DNA of 33,902 nt, taken from IMG/VR virus record IMGVR_UViG_2778261509_000015; one strand, 5' to 3'. Each line of letters starts with the position of its first letter. Within the stretch, counting starts at the first letter, position 1. Both the position numbers and the translations under genes were made by a program. Shown one piece after another: positions 27,139 through 33,902 of this stretch. The stretch comes from a virus. Lineage: Duplodnaviria; Heunggongvirae; Uroviricota; Caudoviricetes. The notes under the pieces are model-generated. The model saw only the letters and a list, made by a program, of their open reading frames with translations, did not search any database and had not been told where the DNA came from.

Positions 27139-27813
27139 ATGAAAACAGTCCATGACATCCGGCGGTCTAACGCCAGAAAACTGAGAGATGGTGTTGGCGG
27201 GAATTCTTCCTTTGCCACCATGATTGATCGCGAGCCAACCCAGACCAGCAGGTTTATGGGAGATGGTGCTACTAAAAATATCGGTGACAGCATGGCACGG
27301 CACATCGAAAAATGTTTCGACCTTCCTGTCGGATGGCTTGATCAAGAACACCAGACAACAAACATCACAAAAAAACCTGATGTTTCAATTACTAACAAAC
27401 AAATAACGTTAGTCCCTGTCATATCATGGGTACAGGCCGGAGCATGGAAAGAAGTTGGCTATTCTGAGGTTGATTTGAGCACAGCAGAAACTTATCCCTG
27501 CCCTGTACCCTGTGGCGAAATGACTTATATCTTGCGGGTGATTGGTGATTCAATGATTGATGAGTACCGCCCGGGAGACATGATTTTTGTAGATCCTGAA
27601 GTCCCTGCCTGCCACGGTGACGACGTTATTGCATTGATGCACGATACAGGCGAAACCACCTTTAAGCGGTTGATAGAAGATGGAACACAGCGTTACCTCA
27701 AAGCATTAAACCCAAACTGGCCTGAACCTTACATTAAGATCAACGGTAATTGCTCTATAATTGGTACAGTAATTTTCTCAGGAAAACCAAGAAGATACAA
27801 AATAAAGGCCTAA
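27139..27813 (+). CDS. CI-like repressor with C-terminal S24 (LexA-like) autopeptidase domain
   Basis: 224 aa; C-terminal GDSM...KR motifs of S24 peptidases; divergent from cro-like gene; start codon abuts predicted pRM start site. Confidence 0.8.
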   Translation: MKTVHDIRRSNARKLRDGVGGNSSFATMIDREPTQTSRFMGDGATKNIGDSMARHIEKCFDLPVGWLDQEHQTTNITKKPDVSITNKQITLVPVISWVQAGAWKEVGYSEVDLSTAETYPCPVPCGEMTYILRVIGDSMIDEYRPGDMIFVDPEVPACHGDDVIALMHDTGETTFKRLIEDGTQRYLKALNPNWPEPYIKINGNCSIIGTVIFSGKPRRYKIKA

Positions 27814-27825
27814 TCAATATTTATA

Positions 27826-27848
27826 ACCTGCTTCGGCAGGTTTTTTTA
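27826..27848 (+). terminator. Rho-independent terminator after cI (stem AACCTGC / GCAGGTT, UUCG loop, T7 run)
   Basis: Read directly: aacctgcttcggcaggttttttt, 13 nt after cI stop. Confidence 0.8.
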
Positions 27849-27851
27849 TAC

Positions 27852-27879
27852 TTGACAATGTACCCATGAGATACATAAT
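27852..27879 (+). promoter_or_regulatory. pL-like sigma70 promoter with overlapping operator O3
   Basis: -35 TTGACA (27852..27857), 16 bp spacer, -10 CATAAT (27874..27879); operator-like ATGTACCcatgaGATACAT (27858..27876) fills the spacer and -10. Confidence 0.6.
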
Positions 27880-28296
27880 GTATCTAAAAGAAACATGTCA
27901 CAGGCAAGATTAAACAAAATTTGGTTGTAACACGGCGTATGGCACATGCGTCGTTAGCGGTCTGGGGACGTTAAAGGGGACAATCCACTCCTTGCTCGGG
28001 CAAACAAACCAGGTAGCCGGAATGTGCAAGTCAATGATGATGCTGATAAGACGCCTAACCAGCGTGGCGATCCGGTTTGACGCCTGGGAAGAGACCAGGG
28101 TGCAACGATGAGGGCATTTATGGAGCCGCGACAAAGTGTGGTGCCGTAACTGGCTAAGTGCTCTCAGCGTTGTGGTAATCCGCGAAATGGCGCGGCGGTA
28201 AGTATGGCGGGGTTACTCTTTCCCCGTTGAGGACACCGGATTGTCAGGTTGACCATACGCCTGAGTGACAACCCCACCACAACAGCCACTGCTTTG

Positions 28297-28341
28297 GCGG
28301 TACCAGTTTGTACACTTTCTTCCGGCTGGTACCGCTCTTTT
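28297..28341 (+). terminator. Terminator-like inverted repeat in the pL leader (GCGGTACCAG...CTGGTACCGC + TCTTTTT)
   Basis: 10-bp perfect arms at 28297..28306 and 28326..28335 with 19-nt loop, followed by a T-run. Confidence 0.4.
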
Positions 28342-28479
28342 TACAAAACAGAGAAGAGCATCACCGGACGACGGGCTCATAACCCAATCCACCCGGGCGG
28401 CTGCCACCGCAGGTGTTCTTCTCTGTTTTGTGGAGAAACCAACCGACCTTGCAGGGTCGATATGATGAGGAGCAGCAAA

Positions 28480-28842
28480 ATGGCTAGCGAACGCAGTACT
28501 GATGTGCAGGCATTTATCGGGGAGCTGGACGGCGGCGTATTTGAAACCAAAATCGGCGCAGTTCTCAGTGAAGTCGCTTCAGGTGTGATGAACACGAAAA
28601 CCAAAGGTAAGGTCTCACTCAACTTGGAAATCGAACCATTTGATGAGAACCGTGTGAAAATCAAACACAAACTCTCATATGTTCGCCCGACTAACCGCGG
28701 GAAAATTTCCGAAGAAGACACCACCGAAACGCCGATGTATGTCAATCGCGGTGGTCGCCTGACTATTCTGCAGGAAGACCAGGGACAATTACTGACTCTT
28801 GCCGGTGAACCTGACGGAAAACTCCGCGCAGCAGGTCATTAA
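28480..28842 (+). CDS. YfdP-like hypothetical protein (120 aa)
   Basis: ATG at 28480 with GAGGAG 8 nt upstream; size and position match CPS-53 yfdP (sizes recalled); first gene of the yfdPQRST-like operon. Confidence 0.5.
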   Translation: MASERSTDVQAFIGELDGGVFETKIGAVLSEVASGVMNTKTKGKVSLNLEIEPFDENRVKIKHKLSYVRPTNRGKISEEDTTETPMYVNRGGRLTILQEDQGQLLTLAGEPDGKLRAAGH

Positions 28843-28907
28843 TATCGTTCTTAATTAACCGATTATTTATCTCATCACTGAATATCTTTATATAGTGAGG
28901 ACTTATT

Positions 28908-29732
28908 ATGTCTCAGAACTTAGACGCAACCGCAATTAATCAAATCCATGCCCTTATTTCTGCTCAGGGTGTTAATGAAATTATCAGTAAGATTGGTGCC
29001 GATGCGGTGGCATTGCCTGAGAATTTCCGCATTCATGATCTGGAAAAATTTAATTTAAATCGCTTCCGTTTCCGTGGTGCGCTTTCCACTGCCAGCATCG
29101 ATGACTTTACCCGTTATTCTAAAGATCTTGCAGATGAAGGCACCCGCTGCTTTATCGATGCCGATAATATGCGTGCCGTCAGTGTGCTTAACCTGGGTAC
29201 TATTGATGAACCAGGTCACGCAGATAACACCGCCACTCTCAAACTGAAAAAGACAGCACCGTTTTCTGCTCTGTTGTCTGTTAATGGCGAGCGTAACTCC
29301 CAGAAGTCACTGGCAGAATGGATTGAAGACTGGGCCGACTACCTAGTGGGCTTTGATGCTAATGGTGACGCCATTCAGGCAACAAAAGCGGCTGCGGCTG
29401 TCCGTAAAATCACGATTGAAGCAAACCAGACCGCTGATTTTGAAGATAATGACTTCAGCGGCAAACGCTCCCTGATGGAGTCTGTCGAAGCGAAGACCAA
29501 AGATATTATGCCAGTGGCATTTGAATTTAAATGCGTTCCGTTTGAAGGTCTGAAAGAACGTCCATTTAAATTACGCCTCAGCATTATCACTGGCGATCGT
29601 CCTGTACTGGTTCTGCGCATTATTCAGCTGGAAGCAGTGCAGGAAGAAATGGCTAACGAATTTCGTGATCTGCTTGTTGAGAAATTCAAAGACAGCAAAG
29701 TAGAAACCTTTATTGGTACTTTCACCGCCTGA
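28908..29732 (+). CDS. YfdQ-like DUF2303 protein (274 aa)
   Basis: ATG with GTGAGGA upstream; length identical to CPS-53 YfdQ as recalled; gene order P-Q-R-S-T conserved. Confidence 0.65.
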   Translation: MSQNLDATAINQIHALISAQGVNEIISKIGADAVALPENFRIHDLEKFNLNRFRFRGALSTASIDDFTRYSKDLADEGTRCFIDADNMRAVSVLNLGTIDEPGHADNTATLKLKKTAPFSALLSVNGERNSQKSLAEWIEDWADYLVGFDANGDAIQATKAAAAVRKITIEANQTADFEDNDFSGKRSLMESVEAKTKDIMPVAFEFKCVPFEGLKERPFKLRLSIITGDRPVLVLRIIQLEAVQEEMANEFRDLLVEKFKDSKVETFIGTFTA

Positions 29733-29859
29733 TTTTATTACTGCAAATGCCCCTGCGGGGGCATTTATGGAAACGTAATTAACTCAATAATCGCCGGATG
29801 GTGAGGGCTTCCTTTTACCAGAATTCAGCGCGGTGCAGCGCATATACGTGGAGAACAAA

Positions 29860-30396
29860 ATGTCATTTATTAAAACTTTTTCCGGTAAGCATTTTTATTA
29901 TGACAGGATAAATAAAGACGACATCGATATTAACGATATCGCGGTTTCCCTTTCAAATATCTGTCGCTTTGCCGGTCATCTTTCGCACTTCTACAGCGTC
30001 GCCCAACATGCGGTTCTTTGCAGCCAGCTGGTACCGCAGGAATTTGCTTTTGAAGCGTTAATGCATGATGCAACAGAAGCGTATTGCCAGGACATCCCCG
30101 CTCCACTGAAACGCCTTCTTCCTGACTATAAACAGATGGAAGAAAAAATAGACGCCGTAATCCGTGAGAAATACGGGTTACCCCCGGTTATGAGTACGCC
30201 CGTGAAATATGCCGATCTCATCATGCTGGCAACCGAACGCCGCGATCTCGGGCTTGATGATGGCTCTTTCTGGCCTGTACTGGAAGGCATCCCGGCAACA
30301 GAGATGTTCAACGTGATTCCACTGGCACCGGGCCATGCCTACGGGATGTTTATGGAACGTTTTAACGAGTTATCGGAGTTACGCAAATGCGCATGA
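29860..30396 (+). CDS. YfdR-like HD-domain 5'-deoxynucleotidase (178 aa)
   Basis: ATG at 29860 with GGAGAA upstream; H...HD metal-binding motifs (VAQHAV, MHDATEAY); length matches YfdR. Confidence 0.7.
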   Translation: MSFIKTFSGKHFYYDRINKDDIDINDIAVSLSNICRFAGHLSHFYSVAQHAVLCSQLVPQEFAFEALMHDATEAYCQDIPAPLKRLLPDYKQMEEKIDAVIREKYGLPPVMSTPVKYADLIMLATERRDLGLDDGSFWPVLEGIPATEMFNVIPLAPGHAYGMFMERFNELSELRKCA

Positions 30397-30749
30397 ATGT
30401 TTTCGAAATGGAAGGGTTTCTTCGTGGGAGATGTGTACCGCGAGATCTGAAAGTGAATGAAACAGATGCTGAATACCTGGTGCGTAAATTCGATGCGCTT
30501 GAAGCTAAATGTGCAGCACAGGAAAACAAAGTAATACCAGTGTCAACTGAACTGCCACCAGCAAATGAAAGTGTTTTGTTATTCGATGCTAACGGAGAAG
30601 GCTGGCTAATTGGCTGGCGTTCTCTCTGGTACACCTGGGGACAAAAAGAAACCGGAGAATGGCAGTGGACATTTCAGGTCGGGGACCTTGAAAACGTCAA
30701 TATCACTCACTGGGCAGTAATGCCAAAAGCACCGGAGGCTGGAGCATAA
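30387..30749 (+). CDS. YfdS-like DUF551 protein (120 aa)
   Basis: ATG with GGAG upstream, overlaps upstream stop; Trp-rich C-terminal domain; length matches YfdS. Confidence 0.6.
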   Translation: MRMNVFEMEGFLRGRCVPRDLKVNETDAEYLVRKFDALEAKCAAQENKVIPVSTELPPANESVLLFDANGEGWLIGWRSLWYTWGQKETGEWQWTFQVGDLENVNITHWAVMPKAPEAGA

Positions 30750-31054
30750 TGACCACTTTTACCGACAAAGAACTGATTAAAGAAATTAAAGAGCGTATCA
30801 GCAGCCTTGACGTGCGAGACGATATTGAGCGCCGTGCTTATGAAATCGCACTCCTATCTCTGGAAGTAGAACCAGATGAACGCGAAGCTTATGAATTATT
30901 CATGGAAAAGCGTTTCGGTGACTTAGTAGATCGTCGGAGAGCAAAAAACGGCGATAACGAATACATGGCATGGGATATGACTCTCGGTTGGATCGTCTGG
31001 CAGCAACGAGCTGGTATCCATTTTTCAACAATGTCACAACAAGAGGTGAAATAA
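30749..31054 (+). CDS. YfdT-like hypothetical protein (101 aa)
   Basis: TAATG coupling to upstream gene; length matches YfdT. Confidence 0.5.
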   Translation: MTTFTDKELIKEIKERISSLDVRDDIERRAYEIALLSLEVEPDEREAYELFMEKRFGDLVDRRRAKNGDNEYMAWDMTLGWIVWQQRAGIHFSTMSQQEVK

Positions 31055-31404
31055 TGGAGCCATACAGCCTCACACTCGATGAGGCCTGTCATTTTCTCAA
31101 GATATCCAGACCGACTGCCATTAACTGGATACGCACAGGGCGTCTTCAGGCAACACGCAAAGATCCCACTAAGAATAAATCTCCTTACCTCACAACACGA
31201 CAAGCCTGCATTGCGGCTCTTCAGTCTCCGCTGCATACTGTCCAGGTGAGCGCGGGTGATGGCATAACAGAGGAAAGAAAATGTCACTCTTCCGCAGAGG
31301 TGAAATATGGTACGCCAGTTTCACATTGCCGAACGGTAAAAGATTTAAACAGTCTCTTGGAACAAAGGACAAAAGGCAGGCGACAGAACTCCATGACAAG
31401 CTAA
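31054..31404 (+). CDS. Excisionase (AlpA/MerR-like HTH)
   Basis: ATG at 31054 with AAGAGGTGA upstream gives [33 protein letters not shown]; reading frame runs 124 nt into the integrase gene. Confidence 0.55.
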   Translation: MEPYSLTLDEACHFLKISRPTAINWIRTGRLQATRKDPTKNKSPYLTTRQACIAALQSPLHTVQVSAGDGITEERKCHSSAEVKYGTPVSHCRTVKDLNSLLEQRTKGRRQNSMTS

Positions 31405-32444
31405 AGGCTGAAGCATGGCGGGTCAGCAAACTTGGTGAAATACCTGATATAACGTTCGAGGAAGCGTGTGTCAGGTGGCTTGAAGAGAAAGCACATAAAA
31501 AATCACTGGACGATGACAAAAGCCGGATCGGATTCTGGCTTCAACATTTCGCAGGAATGCAACTAAGAGACATTACTGAATCAAAAATTTATTCAGCAAT
31601 GCAGAAAATGACGAACCGGCGTCATGAGGAAAACTGGAAACTCAGGGCAGAAGCATGCAGAAAAAAAGGGAAACCTGTTCCAGAATACACGCCAAAACCA
31701 GCGTCCGTTGCAACGAAGGCTACGCATCTTTCATTTATAAAGGCCCTACTAAGAGCCGCAGAGCGTGAATGGAAAATGCTGGATAAGGCACCAATTATTA
31801 AAGTGCCCCAACCAAAGAATAAACGGATCCGCTGGCTGGAGCCCCATGAAGCACAAAGGCTGATTGATGAATGTCCGGAGCCATTAAAGTCTGTTGTTGA
31901 ATTTGCACTGGCAACAGGCCTAAGACGCTCGAACATCATCAACCTTGAATGGCAACAAATAGATATGCAGCGCCGGGTGGCATGGATAAACCCGGAAGAG
32001 AGTAAATCAAACCGCGCAATTGGCGTTGCGCTGAATGATACTGCATGTCGCGTATTGAAAAAACAAATCGGGAATCATCACCGTTGGGTATTTGTGTACA
32101 AGGAAAGCTGTACCAAACCAGACGGAACGAAAGCGCCAACAGTCAGGAAGATGCGGTATGACGCAAACACAGCCTGGAAAGCGGCGCTGAGACGGGCTGG
32201 TATTGATGATTTCAGATTTCACGACTTGAGACACACCTGGGCAAGTTGGCTGGTTCAAGCCGGAGTCCCGTTGTCAGTGTTACAGGAAATGGGAGGCTGG
32301 GAGTCTATCGAAATGGTTCGTCGATATGCTCACCTTGCACCTAATCACCTTACCGAACACGCACGGCAAATAGACTCGATCCTAAACCCATCGGTCCCAA
32401 ATTTGTCCCAGTCAAAAAATAAGGAAGGTACTAATGATGTGTAA
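31281..32444 (+). CDS. Tyrosine integrase (phage integrase family)
   Basis: 387 aa; catalytic R...HDLRHTWAS...RYAH motifs; GAGGAAAG RBS; ends 14 bp from tRNA-Thr 3' end. Confidence 0.9.
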   Translation: MSLFRRGEIWYASFTLPNGKRFKQSLGTKDKRQATELHDKLKAEAWRVSKLGEIPDITFEEACVRWLEEKAHKKSLDDDKSRIGFWLQHFAGMQLRDITESKIYSAMQKMTNRRHEENWKLRAEACRKKGKPVPEYTPKPASVATKATHLSFIKALLRAAEREWKMLDKAPIIKVPQPKNKRIRWLEPHEAQRLIDECPEPLKSVVEFALATGLRRSNIINLEWQQIDMQRRVAWINPEESKSNRAIGVALNDTACRVLKKQIGNHHRWVFVYKESCTKPDGTKAPTVRKMRYDANTAWKAALRRAGIDDFRFHDLRHTWASWLVQAGVPLSVLQEMGGWESIEMVRRYAHLAPNHLTEHARQIDSILNPSVPNLSQSKNKEGTNDV

Positions 32445-32458
32445 CTTATTGATTTAAA

Positions 32459-32534
32459 TGGTGCCGATAATAGGAGTCGAACCTACGACCTTCGCATTAC
32501 GAATGCGCTGCTCTACCAACTGAGCTATATCGGC
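32459..32534 (-). tRNA. thrW: tRNA-Thr (anticodon CGU), host thrW; prophage attachment site
   Basis: Minus-strand GCCGATATAGCTCAGTTGGTAGAGCAGCGCATTCGTAATGCGAAGGTCGTAGGTTCGACTCCTATTATCGGCACCA; anticodon loop TTCGTAA; lies between integrase and proA as in E. coli. Confidence 0.9.
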
Positions 32535-32648
32535 CCTGAAAGGACATGTTCACGAACGTGAATCACGGTGGACAAGGTTAAAACTAACCGGGCGATGCGT
32601 CAATGGCCTTGTGAATCAAATGGCTACTTTTGCATCACCCGGTTTTAT

Positions 32649-33902
32649 TTACGCACGAATGGTGTAATCACCAATGCCGATCCACTTGTAAGTGGTCAGT
32701 GCTTCCAGCCCCATTGGGCCACGCGCGTGGAGTTTTTGTGTGCTTACCGCCACTTCCGCACCCAGACCAAACTGGCCGCCGTCGGTAAAACGCGTAGAGG
32801 CGTTAACGTAAACAGCGGACGAATCCACTTCGTTAACAAAACGCTGGGCGTTGCGCATATCGCGGGTCAGGATCGCATCGGAGTGTTGTGTGCCGTGTTC
32901 ACGAATATGGGCGATGGCATCGTCAAGATCGCTGACGATTTTGACGTTCAAATCTAATGACAGAAACTCATCGTCATACTCTTCGGCTTTAACAGCAACC
33001 ACCTTCGCAGGGCCTGCCTGCAACTGCGCCAGTGCAGCTGCATCTGCGTGTAATGTCACGCCGCTTTCCGCCATTTGTTTGCTTAATGCGGGCAGGAAGC
33101 TATCGGCGATGTTTTTATTCACCAGCAACGTTTCAACCGTATTACATGTGCTCGGACGCTGAGTTTTCGCGTTGACGATCACTTTTAATGCTTCAGCGAT
33201 CTCTACACTTTCATCAACGTAAATATGGCATACGCCTATACCACCTGTGATCACCGGGATTGTCGACTGTTCACGGCACAGTTTATGCAAACCAGCGCCA
33301 CCACGCGGGATCAGCATGTCGATGTATTTATCCATACGCAGCATTTCACTGACCAGCGCACGGTCAGGATTATCAATCGCCTGCACGGCACCCGCCGGTA
33401 AGCCGCAGGATTTCAGGGCGTCCTGAATCACCGCCACCGTTGCAGCGTTAGTGCGACACGTTTCTTTGCCACCGCGCAGGATCACCGCATTACCGGTTTT
33501 CAGGCACAGCGAAGCGACATCAACCGTCACGTTCGGGCGCGCTTCATAAATCACGCCAATAACCCCCAGCGGTACGCGACGACGCTCAAGACGCAGGCCG
33601 CTGTCCAGTACGCTGCCATCGATTACCTGCCCCACCGGATCGGCGAGGTTACACACCTGGCGCACATCATCGGCAATGCCTTTCAGCCGTGCGGGCGTCA
33701 GTGCCAGACGGTCAAGCATCGCTTCGCCAAGGCCATTGGCACGCGCGTCAGCAACATCCTGGGCGTTAGCGTTGAGGATGATTTCGCTTTGTGCTTCCAG
33801 TTCATCGGCGATTTTTTCCAGCACGCGATTTTTTTCGCGGCTGGAGAGTTGCGCTAATTTATACGAGGCTTGCTTCGCGGCAATGCCCATTTGTTCCAGC
33901 AT
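32649..33902 (-). CDS. proA: Gamma-glutamyl phosphate reductase (host gene)
   Basis: 417 aa [38 protein letters not shown]..., essentially identical to E. coli ProA as recalled; ATG occupies the last three bases of the window. Confidence 0.95.
   Translation of the reverse strand: MLEQMGIAAKQASYKLAQLSSREKNRVLEKIADELEAQSEIILNANAQDVADARANGLGEAMLDRLALTPARLKGIADDVRQVCNLADPVGQVIDGSVLDSGLRLERRRVPLGVIGVIYEARPNVTVDVASLCLKTGNAVILRGGKETCRTNAATVAVIQDALKSCGLPAGAVQAIDNPDRALVSEMLRMDKYIDMLIPRGGAGLHKLCREQSTIPVITGGIGVCHIYVDESVEIAEALKVIVNAKTQRPSTCNTVETLLVNKNIADSFLPALSKQMAESGVTLHADAAALAQLQAGPAKVVAVKAEEYDDEFLSLDLNVKIVSDLDDAIAHIREHGTQHSDAILTRDMRNAQRFVNEVDSSAVYVNASTRFTDGGQFGLGAEVAVSTQKLHARGPMGLEALTTYKWIGIGDYTIRA

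Noticed and set aside
27886-28296. Short ATG-initiated frames in the pL leader (longest about 28 codons, MCKSMMMLIRR...)
   Set aside because: No Shine-Dalgarno sequences, very short, no N-like arginine-rich motif; the region is better explained as structured non-coding RNA, though a micro-protein cannot be excluded.
30970-31053. N-terminal extension of the excisionase reading frame (start at 30970)
   Set aside because: Would overlap the upstream gene in another frame and lacks an RBS; ATG at 31054 has a strong AAGAGGTGA RBS and TAATG coupling.
32568-32957. 129-aa plus-strand ORF near the tRNA-Thr flank
   Set aside because: Antisense to the 3' end of proA and the proA-thrW spacer; no RBS and no homology.

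Overview
This window is the right-hand ~32.5 kb of a lambdoid prophage inserted at the thrW tRNA-Thr gene next to the host proA gene, almost certainly from Escherichia coli or a close relative. Protein identities are judged by eye from the supplied translations and recalled homologues; no database search was run. On the minus strand, right to left, lie a cro-like gene, an O-like replication gene with internal iterons, a nin-like region (RusA, KilA-N, DUF968), antiterminator Q, a lysis cassette, terminase, portal, a protease-capsid fusion, and lambda-like tail genes FII, Z, U, V, G/GT, H, M, L, K, I and the start of J. On the plus strand lie a CI-like repressor, a pL-like promoter, a yfdPQRST-like early operon, excisionase and integrase ending 14 bp from thrW. 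Three accessory (moron) loci interrupt the late region: an Ais/PmrG-like histidine phosphatase in an AT-rich island, an AppY-like AraC regulator with a glyT-like tRNA-Gly(UCC), and an OmpC/NmpC-family porin. The most unusual stretch is a ~590-nt ORF-less, heavily structured leader downstream of the pL-like promoter, where lambdoid phages normally encode N. No CRISPR array, insertion sequence, Stx toxin or recognisable defence system was seen.
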